Below the pieces are notes generated by a model, which saw only the letters and a program-made list of their open reading frames with translations, had not been told where the DNA came from and searched no databases. This document shows, piece by piece, positions 19,961 to 27,426 of a stretch of DNA of 64,000 bases. The DNA lies in the IMG/VR virus record IMGVR_UViG_3300029911_000001, positions 167,109 to 231,108 of that record, one strand, 5' to 3'. The translations under genes and the position numbers were made by a program. Every line of letters begins with the position of its first letter. Position 1 is the stretch's first letter.

Positions 19961-20047
19961 GGGCAGATGCGTGAGTGGCTAAAACGGGCTGGCTGTAACC
20001 CAGCTTCCCTAGTGGATTCGGAGGTTCAAATCCTCCTCTGCCCACCA
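19961..20047 (+). tRNA. tRNA-Tyr(GTA)
   Basis: GGGCAGA/TCTGCCC acceptor, CT-GTA-AC loop, GTTCAAATC, encoded CCA. Confidence 0.92.
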
Positions 20048-20058
20048 AAATTGAATAC

Positions 20059-20146
20059 GCAAGTAAGGCGACTATCGGTTGGTCGCACCGGGCTGTAAAC
20101 TCGTTGCCCTAAAAAGCCGCTGGGGGTTCGACTCCCTCTACTTGCA
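20059..20146 (+). tRNA. tRNA-Tyr(GTA), second divergent copy
   Basis: GCAAGTA/TACTTGC acceptor, CT-GTA-AA loop, GTTCGACTC; imperfect anticodon stem, no encoded CCA. Confidence 0.72.
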
Positions 20147-20202
20147 CTTTCGTGACTACCGACCTCTTTAAGTAGAGGTATCTCTTGGAGGTCGGTAGGT
20201 TC

Positions 20203-20817
20203 ATGACATTTTTCACAGTGTATCGAACACAGAATCTGGTGAACGGGAGGTACTACTTCGGCGTCCATAAGACCAAAGACCCCTACGATGGGTACCTTGG
20301 GTCGGGTAAGATTTTGAAACGCGCAATAATAAAGTACGGTGAGCCAGCGTTCATCAAGAATCTCTGCTTCATCTTTGACAATCCAGAGGAGGCTTTCGCT
20401 AAGGAGTTTGAACTAATTGAAACGTACCGGCAAGATTCGCTTTGCTACAACCTGAGACAAGGTGGAAGTGGGGGGTTTGATTGGATAAACCGGGAAGGCA
20501 AAGCAGATTATTCAAGGGCAGCGAAAATGTCTCACGGAAGTAAAAGTAAAAGAGACCCCAACCACTATATGAAGATGGTTGAAGGTAGAAGGAAAAAGGG
20601 GTACGGAGTTGCCCCCCAGTTCATAGGCATCTGGTCAGGACGTAAGCATACATCTGAAACCAAAGCCAAGATGGCGTTGGCAGCAAGCTTGAGAGTTGGT
20701 GAAAAGAACTCGCAACATGGGACTTGTTGGGTAACAGACGGTGTTACAAATATGAAGGTGAAGCAATCAGACCTGTCCACGTACCTTGTGGGTAGTTGGA
20801 AACGAGGAAGAGTATAA
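20203..20817 (+). CDS. GIY-YIG (Seg-like) homing endonuclease inside the tRNA cluster
   Basis: VYRTQNLVNGRYYFGVHKT...YLGSG...KYG, YNLRQGGSGG, KHTSETKAKM. Confidence 0.85.
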   Translation: MTFFTVYRTQNLVNGRYYFGVHKTKDPYDGYLGSGKILKRAIIKYGEPAFIKNLCFIFDNPEEAFAKEFELIETYRQDSLCYNLRQGGSGGFDWINREGKADYSRAAKMSHGSKSKRDPNHYMKMVEGRRKKGYGVAPQFIGIWSGRKHTSETKAKMALAASLRVGEKNSQHGTCWVTDGVTNMKVKQSDLSTYLVGSWKRGRV

Positions 20818-21035
20818 TGCAAGTCGTTCAAACGCTGTTGGTACAAGGGAACGCGCAACAGGTAGCTTGGCTCAACGTAGACCCGCGAGTGAAGAAGGGC
20901 TCCGTTGTTACGCTCAAGGACGAACCTGAGAGCGGTCAGTGGGAAGTAGCCGAGCAGTACATGAAGCAGGAAGCTTCGGACATCCAGCGTGGATGGGGCA
21001 ACGACCTTCCCAAGTCGCAGCGGACTGAGCGGTAA
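20817..21035 (+). CDS. Hypothetical protein
   Basis: TAATG-coupled ORF. Confidence 0.6.
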   Translation: MQVVQTLLVQGNAQQVAWLNVDPRVKKGSVVTLKDEPESGQWEVAEQYMKQEASDIQRGWGNDLPKSQRTER

Positions 21036-21071
21036 TTAGCTTTTCCTGCTGTACGGTTTTTAGCTTTTTAC

Positions 21072-21156
21072 GCCCGGATGGCGAAATTGGTAGACGCGGC
21101 AGACTTAGAATCTGTTGTCGCAAGACGTGGGGGTTCGAGTCCCCCTCCGGGCACCA
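21072..21156 (+). tRNA. tRNA-Leu(TAG)
   Basis: GCCCGGA/TCCGGGC, CT-TAG-AA loop, long variable arm, CCA. Confidence 0.95.
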
Positions 21157-21279
21157 AGTTTGAACTTACTATCGTGAGACGATTGCACGCAGAACCCCGT
21201 GTGATTGAGTGAAAGCTGTGGCAGGCGAATTGACGCTAAGGCGATAAGTAACTCAGTCGTTCAAAGTTTTACAAAGTAT

Positions 21280-21369
21280 GCGCGAGTGGTGGAATTGGAA
21301 GACACAGCAGACTCAGAATCTGCCGTCCCGAAAGGGCAACTACGAGTTCGACTCTCGTTTCGCGCACCA
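21280..21369 (+). tRNA. tRNA-Leu(CAG)
   Basis: GCGCGAG/TTCGCGC, CT-CAG-AA loop, long variable arm, CCA. Confidence 0.92.
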
Positions 21370-21382
21370 AAAGTTTAGCAAG

Positions 21383-21464
21383 GCCGATGTGGTGGAATGG
21401 CATACACAGGACACTCAAAGCGTCCCGCGAAAGCATACGAGTTCGACTCTCGTCATCGGCACCA
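21383..21464 (+). tRNA. tRNA-Leu(CAA)
   Basis: GCCGATG/CATCGGC, CT-CAA-AG loop, one anticodon-stem mismatch, CCA. Confidence 0.82.
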
Positions 21465-21476
21465 AAGTTTAGTATT

Positions 21477-21551
21477 GCTCCTATGCTGGAACTGGCATAC
21501 AGCTCTATTGTACATTGCGGGGCGGTGTGATTCGACCCCCATACGTGAGCC
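21477..21551 (+). pseudogene. Degenerate Leu-type tRNA
   Basis: Leu-like D-arm TGCTGGAACTGGCATACAG, TTCGA, partial acceptor pairing; no recognisable anticodon arm. Confidence 0.4.
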
Positions 21552-21723
21552 TTTTATCTCTCACGTCACATTTTCCCGAGAACGCAGTATGGCTTGGTAA
21601 GCTAGTTCCTAGTTGGCTCAAACAACCGGTACTAGCAAGAGACCTGTTCACATTGAAATAAATTGGCATCCGCATACACTGGCATTCGTGTTTTTGAACT
21701 TTCATACCCTAATTGAGGGTGTG

Positions 21724-22266
21724 ATGAGACAATATCGAAACAAGTACAGTAAGGAAAGTCTGGAGCCCATCGTTAGGGACAGCCTATCGGTAGCTGGGGT
21801 GATTGATAAACTCGGATTGAAACAGGCTGGGGGTAATCATAGGCACTTAAAGTTACTTTTCAAAAGGTTCGAAATTGATACTTCCCACTTTACAGGAAGT
21901 ATATGGAACCGGGGGCTCACCGCAGAGACAGACAAACGAGTAAACCGAGGGATTAGACAAAAGTACACAGACGATGAGGCTTTCTGTGAAAATTCACTTC
22001 TTGGGAGTTCTCAACTTAAGCGGAGATTACTTAGGATTGGATGGAAGTATTGTTGTTCTCGTTGTGGGATTTCAGACTGGTTAAGTGAAAAGATTGCACT
22101 ACATCTTGACCATATAAATGGTATCAATGATGACAATCGGCTTTGTAACCTTAGATTTCTTTGCCCAAATTGCCATCAACTAACAGGGACATGGGGTTCG
22201 AGAAACGCGGTCGTGGTGAAACGGCATACACACTACCTTGAGGTGGTAGCGGGGGCAACCCCATGA
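21724..22266 (+). CDS. HNH endonuclease
   Basis: CSRCG...LHLDHING...NRLCNLRFLCPNCH; stop codon lies inside tRNA-Leu(GAG). Confidence 0.88.
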   Translation: MRQYRNKYSKESLEPIVRDSLSVAGVIDKLGLKQAGGNHRHLKLLFKRFEIDTSHFTGSIWNRGLTAETDKRVNRGIRQKYTDDEAFCENSLLGSSQLKRRLLRIGWKYCCSRCGISDWLSEKIALHLDHINGINDDNRLCNLRFLCPNCHQLTGTWGSRNAVVVKRHTHYLEVVAGATP

Positions 22267-22292
22267 GAGTTCAACTCTCTCCGACCGCACCA
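22207..22292 (+). tRNA. tRNA-Leu(GAG)
   Basis: GCGGTCG/CGACCGC, TT-GAG-GT loop, long variable arm, CCA. Confidence 0.92.
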
Positions 22293-22311
22293 AAGTTAAG
22301 TATTATACAGG

Positions 22312-22638
22312 ATGAAGCTCCATTGGAGTCAAGTCCTAGTTCGAAATAGATGCAAGGCACGTGAACCAGCGGCTCGACTTCGAACAGCTATGTTGGAAGC
22401 GGGGATACCACACAAGTGTGAACGCTGTGGGTGTCCTCCTGAATGGCGAGGCAAGCTGCTCGTACTTCAGATTGACCACATAGACGGCGACACTCTCAAT
22501 AACGAGCCTGACAATGTTCGCTTCATCTGTCCGAACTGTCACTCGCAGACACTAAACTTCGGAGCCAAGAACCGCAACCGGCTCACTGAAGCAGGGTTCG
22601 ATGATTTGTATGCTTGGGGAGGTGAGGACTATGAGTAA
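22312..22638 (+). CDS. HNH endonuclease
   Basis: CERCG...LQIDHIDG...NVRFICPNCHS. Confidence 0.88.
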   Translation: MKLHWSQVLVRNRCKAREPAARLRTAMLEAGIPHKCERCGCPPEWRGKLLVLQIDHIDGDTLNNEPDNVRFICPNCHSQTLNFGAKNRNRLTEAGFDDLYAWGGEDYE

Positions 22639-22816
22639 AAGCATCGTGTGCATTCTCGGCATTAGCACCTATGGTGGATTCGAAGCAAAGGACGCTACGC
22701 TGGATAAGCAAGCGGCTCATGAATGGCTGCAAACGGAAACAGCACCGGACACCATGGCTGTCTTCAAGCGGGTTGATTGGAATCTGGTACGGTCAAGCTA
22801 GGGCAGACAAAGTAAT

Positions 22817-22903
22817 GCCGGGATGGTGGAATTGGCAGACACATCGGCCTCAAAAGCCGCCGTTCGCAAGGACATGAGGGTTCGACCCCCTCTCCCGGCA
22901 CCA
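22817..22903 (+). tRNA. tRNA-Leu(CAA), second copy
   Basis: GCCGGGA/TCCCGGC, CT-CAA-AA loop, CCA. Confidence 0.9.
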
Positions 22904-22954
22904 AACAAATATTTGCAATAAATCTGTCCGAAACCGTGTTCACTCCGGTATACT

Positions 22955-23164
22955 GTGGCTGGAGGCTTTTGGATGCCAGCGACAGACCCCACCAAACACA
23001 TCAACGTTACGTTGCCCCATGAGGGCATCGAGTTCCTGACACGGGTACAAGTTTACCTGCGGGACAGGTATGGTCGTGCGGCCAGTAAAGCAGCACGAGC
23101 CAACGTCTCCATCGCTTTGAACTCCATCCGCAAGGAACTTGAAACAAAGGAGCCACAGGCATGA
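22955..23164 (+). CDS. Hypothetical protein
   Basis: 69 aa ORF downstream of TATACT. Confidence 0.5.
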   Translation: MAGGFWMPATDPTKHINVTLPHEGIEFLTRVQVYLRDRYGRAASKAARANVSIALNSIRKELETKEPQA

Positions 23165-23414
23165 GAGTATCCGTCTATCCCATTCTAATCGAAGAAGGCA
23201 AGCCACCCGCGTTCAAAGAAATCAAGCTGCCCAAAGGGTCTCGCATCCTCGGTGGGGTTCAAGCGTAAGGAAGGTCTCGGCTACTACTGGTCTCGGAACC
23301 GTTGGTGGCGGTTCGGTGTTGACGACTACCCCCCAGCCTACCGGGTGTTGTGCTCGAACTGCAACATGAGCGCGTATCGAGGCAATGGTGTGTGTATTCA
23401 CCAGCGAGGCAAGA

Positions 23415-23912
23415 ATGAACCTACCAACTGAAATTCGTAGCTTCTCTGATGACTGGAGCTTCCTGTCTAACTTCTACCCGTGCAAGGTGGTGTTGGATGG
23501 TGTGGAGTATAGTTCGGTGGAGCACGCATATCAGGCGGCGAAGACGCTGAACCTCAAGGAGCGGGAGAAGTTCCTGTACGCTGGCGTCACAGCCGGTCGT
23601 GCGAAGCGGATGGGCGATGCCATCAACAAGTCTGGCAAGCGTCGTGCGGACTGGCTGGAGGTCAACAAGCCTATCATGCTCGACCTGCTCAAGCAGAAAT
23701 TCTATCCGTCGATTTTACGTCGGAAGCTGCTCTGTACGTTCTCTGCGATTCTGATTGAGGGGAACTACTGGCACGACACGTGGTGGGGCGTGTGTGAAGG
23801 CACGTGCAAGGAGCACGGTCCCCATGAACCATATGGGGATAATATCCTAGGTCTGCAACTGATGGAGGTTAGGGCCTACTATGGAACAGGTGAAGGGTGT
23901 CTCAACCGTTAG
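23415..23912 (+). CDS. NADAR (YbiA-like) family protein
   Basis: FLSNFYPC, YSSVEHAYQAAK, LKQKF, LIEGNYWHDTWWG, NILGLQLMEVR. Confidence 0.92.
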   Translation: MNLPTEIRSFSDDWSFLSNFYPCKVVLDGVEYSSVEHAYQAAKTLNLKEREKFLYAGVTAGRAKRMGDAINKSGKRRADWLEVNKPIMLDLLKQKFYPSILRRKLLCTFSAILIEGNYWHDTWWGVCEGTCKEHGPHEPYGDNILGLQLMEVRAYYGTGEGCLNR

Positions 23913-24127
23913 GCTGCTACGCTCCTCCGCGACCTGCGAGGCACAGCGACTGGAGTTCCAGTTCCAAGGGCATTGATTGCGGCTTCCAGTCGGTCTATCT
24001 CAACCGCCAGTTCGTTTCGCAGCGTCTTGATGCCTCTGTCTTTCATGCCGGATAAAGCCTCGTGAGAAACGCGGAGGCGAACGATTTCAGCCGTAAGGTT
24101 GTCACGCAGGGTATTGATGTCCATCAC
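23909..24127 (-). CDS. Small basic protein, paralogue of 24243-24536
   Basis: DINTLRDNLTAEIVRL helix, Arg-rich tail. Confidence 0.65.
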   Translation of the reverse strand: MMDINTLRDNLTAEIVRLRVSHEALSGMKDRGIKTLRNELAVEIDRLEAAINALGTGTPVAVPRRSRRSVAA

Positions 24128-24242
24128 TACTCCTTTTACAATATCCAGTATACCTAACCATAGGTCAATGTAAAGTAAAATTTACCCCCATGAGAAAACG
24201 GGATGGAGCCGGATTCTCATGGGGGTTGGATCGTTCGTTGGT

Positions 24243-24536
24243 CTACGCCGCTTTAGACTGGGCTGCATTAACTTCCACAGTGGCGACAGCGGCCTTCTGC
24301 TTAGCCCAACGGGCCTTCTGCGAAGCAGAGATGCGTGCCCGAAGCTCGGGAGTCATCTCCCGACGGACACGGTGGATACCCTTCTTCTCACCCTTAGCAA
24401 TCATCGTCCGGGTCGTCTTGCGGTGCTTCACAGGGGCATGGTTGGGGACTTCGCTGGAGTTGGCGAGGGCATCGTAAGCAGCCTGAAGCCTTGCGATGTC
24501 GGTTGCGATTTCTGCACGTAACGATTCGATATTCAT
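24243..24536 (-). CDS. Putative nucleoid-associated small basic protein
   Basis: MNIESLRAEIATDIARLQAAYDAL...REMTPELRARISASQKARWAKQK; SD AGGAG. Confidence 0.7.
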   Translation of the reverse strand: MNIESLRAEIATDIARLQAAYDALANSSEVPNHAPVKHRKTTRTMIAKGEKKGIHRVRREMTPELRARISASQKARWAKQKAAVATVEVNAAQSKAA

Positions 24537-24680
24537 TGAGGTTTCTCCTGTTTTTCTATACGTTCTCCCTTTTGCGTATGGGTCTGTAACCGAGGGCTGT
24601 GGTGTGTTCAACCACACTCCCAGTGACTGTGTAGATACTTGGTGTACCACTAAGGTTGCCCCCTCCCGTTGTTTTTTGAA

Positions 24681-24716
24681 AAATAGTGTTGCATTTTTCG
24701 GACTATCGGGTATTAT
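24681..24716 (+). promoter_or_regulatory. Sigma70-like promoter of the Pro tRNA block
   Basis: AAATAGTG-TTGCAT-N16-TATTAT; ATG 6 nt downstream (leaderless). Confidence 0.75.
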
Positions 24717-24722
24717 GTAGAT

Positions 24723-24788
24723 ATGAAGTTCACGAGTCCAAACCCGTCGTTCCCACCGTGCCCTACCCTGCACGGGCCTGACCTCTAG
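24723..24788 (+). CDS. Putative Pro-rich leader peptide (21 aa)
   Basis: MKFTSPNPSFPPCPTLHGPDL; 6 Pro codons (CCA, CCG, CCA, CCG, CCT, CCT). Confidence 0.65.
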   Translation: MKFTSPNPSFPPCPTLHGPDL

Positions 24789-24941
24789 CGAGTTCAGCGT
24801 CCCGTGCGGCCTCGCCGGGATGTGAATGTGATTTTGATTTGGAGTCTAGCAAGTTCCCCGATAACACGCCCGAACCGTTCTCGCGAAAAGCGTACGGTTC
24901 GGCTCTCCTTCAAAAGACCATCCCGGTCACTATTGCTTTCT

Positions 24942-25018
24942 CGGAGAGTGGCCAAGATGGAAAGGCTCTGGTTTCGGGAACCAGAAATTCGTGAGTTCGA
25001 ACCTCACCTCTCCGACCA
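24942..25018 (+). tRNA. tRNA-Pro(CGG)
   Basis: CGGAGAG/CTCTCCG, CTGGT-TT-CGG-GA-ACCAG, CCA. Confidence 0.93.
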
Positions 25019-25030
25019 AACTTTTACCCT

Positions 25031-25654
25031 TCAAAGGAGGATCACTCCTTTATCCAACTCATCATGGTGGTTCTTACACAAGGCGATGAGGTTGCAAGGG
25101 TCATTGATTTCACCGACCAACGCAGTTGAAGGGAAAGCTCTGATGGGTTTGATGTGGCAACAGTCCACATGGAAGGTATACCCACATACTTGACACATAC
25201 GGGCTCTAACCTTGAAGAGAACCCCTCTAGCGTGTTCTCGGATTCGTTCTAATGGGCACGCCTTCTTGGTTCTTAGCGGGAGCAATGACATTGGGATGTA
25301 ATTACACTCGGGGCATCGAGTGGTAGAACGGTGTCTGTTTACCTTGAAGAAGAGGGTTCCACAAGAAGTACAGTTACGGGGTTTTGGTTTGTTTCGCGGG
25401 AATGTCGTTCGTGCCATATTGTACTTGGCACCACACGATTGGTTGCAGAACTTTTTTCTCTTGACTTGTTGAAACTTTGAGCGAGTCATCTCTTCAAGAG
25501 GTATCAAGATAGCAGTATCACACTGTAGGCAACGGGTTGGATTTTCATTGTACCCTTCCATTCGTTGCTGGGCTCTTTGTCGGTTCAACACGTTTGCATT
25601 TTTACCGGCAGCTTTGATTTGAGCCAATCTGGTTGAGCTTAGTTTGTTTTTCAT
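25031..25654 (-). CDS. HNH endonuclease between the two tRNA-Pro genes
   Basis: CQVCG...DCCHIKP...NLIALCKNHH; N-terminal Cys clusters. Confidence 0.85.
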   Translation of the reverse strand: MKNKLSSTRLAQIKAAGKNANVLNRQRAQQRMEGYNENPTRCLQCDTAILIPLEEMTRSKFQQVKRKKFCNQSCGAKYNMARTTFPRNKPKPRNCTSCGTLFFKVNRHRSTTRCPECNYIPMSLLPLRTKKACPLERIREHARGVLFKVRARMCQVCGYTFHVDCCHIKPIRAFPSTALVGEINDPCNLIALCKNHHDELDKGVILL

Positions 25655-25693
25655 TTTTCAACTCCCTGTTTACTGATTAGGTAGTTGAAAAAT

Positions 25694-25767
25694 CGGGGTG
25701 TAGCTGGAAGGTCAAGCCCGTGTTTTGGGAACACGAGACGAGGTTTCGATTACCTCCACCCCGACCA
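25694..25767 (+). tRNA. tRNA-Pro(TGG)
   Basis: CGGGGTG/CACCCCG, CGTGT-TT-TGG-GA-ACACG, CCA. Confidence 0.9.
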
Positions 25768-25780
25768 ATTTTGAACTATA

Positions 25781-25824
25781 TCACCGGAAGCAGCGGAGAG
25801 ATTCGAATCCTATCACCCCGACCA
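25781..25824 (+). pseudogene. Orphan tRNA 3' fragment
   Basis: ATTCGAATCC...CACCCCGACCA duplicates the 3' end of tRNA-Pro(TGG). Confidence 0.65.
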
Positions 25825-25836
25825 AGTTTGAAGTAT

Positions 25837-26000
25837 GCCAGCGACGACCGCTGAGCCTTTATAGCCCCTATCCGAGGGGTGTTGGGCTCATGTCACGCCG
25901 ATACCGTGCTCATCATGAGAGGGATACTCTATGAGTGTTGCGACGAACGGTGCCGACGACGCAAGTCCGGGGCAACTTCGGCCCCGCTAAGGGGCCGGAC
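25837..26000 (+). ncRNA. Candidate structured ncRNA
   Basis: Several GC-rich helices: CTCAT/ATGAG with AGAG/CTCT, GTCCGG/CCGGAC, GGCCCC-GCTAA-GGGGCC. Confidence 0.45.
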
Positions 26001-26125
26001 AAGTTTTGAACTTTGGTAGTATTATATTTAGTGGAGCCGGACTGCGGTAGTCCCACAGGACTGTACGACGTGAAGCCCTCCACACATCACACGGTCGTCG
26101 TCCGGGGTGTTAGGGGAGAAGTATC

Positions 26126-26593
26126 ATGAATTTTAAGGTGACTCATTGGCATCTCGCTAAGGGACGCGGCGATGGCGATAACACCGAAGTCGTAGTCCGT
26201 CTGGAAGAGTCATCGTGGTTCTGGCACTTCGCTGAGTTCATCGGTGAGCACGTATTCTTCACCATCTGCGATTGGTGCCACAAGGTTCCCCTCCCTAAGT
26301 TCGTATGCAACTGGGAACGCAACTGGGGCGGTGACAAGGAAGACGGCGTACATAAGCTGGAAGACTGGTATGGTGCCGACCTTGGTTGTCTCTGGCACGT
26401 CTACGTAGAGTCCCCCGTCCTTCAGTGGGTGTGGAAGCATAAGTTCATTGAACAGGCCACAGAGTTCCGTATGACCCTTGCCGAGGCCCGTGAAAAGTTC
26501 AAAGGCACACAGGCTTACAAGCTGGAGTGGATTGAAGAAGATGTCAAGCGTGACGCTGCATACGCTGCGGAACACCCCGAAGATAACGATTAG
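26126..26593 (+). CDS. Trp-rich hypothetical protein
   Basis: 155 aa, SD GGGGAG. Confidence 0.7.
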   Translation: MNFKVTHWHLAKGRGDGDNTEVVVRLEESSWFWHFAEFIGEHVFFTICDWCHKVPLPKFVCNWERNWGGDKEDGVHKLEDWYGADLGCLWHVYVESPVLQWVWKHKFIEQATEFRMTLAEAREKFKGTQAYKLEWIEEDVKRDAAYAAEHPEDND

Positions 26594-26608
26594 TCAGAAA
26601 TAATGCAA

Positions 26609-26645
26609 AAATAAGTGTTGCAAAGTTTTCTGACTTTGGTATTAT
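26609..26645 (+). promoter_or_regulatory. Sigma70-like promoter directly upstream of tRNA-Met
   Basis: AAATAAGTG-TTGCAA-N16-TATTAT. Confidence 0.75.
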
Positions 26646-26649
26646 TAGT

Positions 26650-26730
<81 letters not shown>

Positions 26731-26750
26731 AGAAGTAAAGTAAGGGTACA

Positions 26751-26849
26751 ATGGCAACTCAGGTTCTTCGCTTCAAGTGCGGCTTCTGCGATAAGGAAAT
26801 GCGTTCCCAAGGGCAACGCACCAAGCACGCAAAGGTCTGCACCAAATGA
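26751..26849 (+). CDS. 32-aa C2HC zinc-finger microprotein
   Basis: MATQVLRFKCGFCDKEMRSQGQRTKHAKVCTK = C-x2-C-x12-H-x3-C. Confidence 0.65.
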   Translation: MATQVLRFKCGFCDKEMRSQGQRTKHAKVCTK

Positions 26850-27012
26850 CCGTGGTAAATTGAAACTACTCTTCCGGGAGTAGGGTGGCTCAAATCCGCC
26901 CCATGGTCTATAACGCTGCACTAACAGAAGGACGACCCGATAGACTCACTGTTTTATAAGGAGTGTTCATGGGAAACATCGCTATGTCCTCACTCTTGCC
27001 CACTCGGGCAAC

Positions 27013-27047
27013 CTGAGTGAGTCCCTGAGTGAGTCCCTGAGTGAGTC
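27013..27047 (+). repeat. 12-bp tandem repeat x3
   Basis: CTGAGTGAGTCC x3, last copy imperfect. Confidence 0.92.
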
Positions 27048-27086
27048 TAAAGGGTCGCCGGTCTACCCGAATAATGACGGCTAAAA

Positions 27087-27248
27087 ATGAAACCACAAGT
27101 AAAGCTTACACGTCGTGAACGCCGGAAGTTGAACAAGCCGAAGAACAATGGCTGCAAGTATGTTTGCTTGACTTGCAACACACCATTCACCTTGAGCACT
27201 GCAATGGATGAGAAGCACTACTGCTCATCTAAGTGCCAACCGAAGTAA
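27087..27248 (+). CDS. 53-aa Cys-rich microprotein
   Basis: Basic N-terminus, CLTC...YCSSKC. Confidence 0.6.
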   Translation: MKPQVKLTRRERRKLNKPKNNGCKYVCLTCNTPFTLSTAMDEKHYCSSKCQPK

Positions 27249-27369
27249 GTTCCCGTTGAATCGGGCTTGGTACTGAAAACCAGCGAAGCAGGGTTGGTCT
27301 CTATGGGTGCAGTCTAGCGCATAGAGTTGGGAGAGGTCGTCGCGACGGCCAATCCCACCCCAGAGTTTT

Positions 27370-27426
27370 GGCGGGATAGAGGAGTTGGTTCCTTGACGGG
27401 CTCATAACCCGTAGACGGTCGGTTCG
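27370..27426 (+). pseudogene. 5' 57 nt of a tRNA-Met(CAT) ending at the T-loop
   Basis: GGCGGGA, D-arm, ACGGG-CT-CAT-AA-CCCGT, GTCGGTTCG; no matching 3' strand found nearby. Confidence 0.72.

Noticed and set aside
23161-23430. Short ORF plus an out-of-frame fragment (YRVLCSNCNM...GVCIH) resembling an HNH C-terminus
   Set aside because: Too short and lacking a start; may be a relic, but I cannot support a gene call.
26870-26915. Additional tRNA at GGGTGG-CTCAAAT-CCGCCC
   Set aside because: Only a T-arm-like hairpin; no D-arm, anticodon arm or acceptor stem.
27013-27047. CRISPR array
   Set aside because: Repeats are 12 bp and contiguous with no spacers; no cas genes are present.
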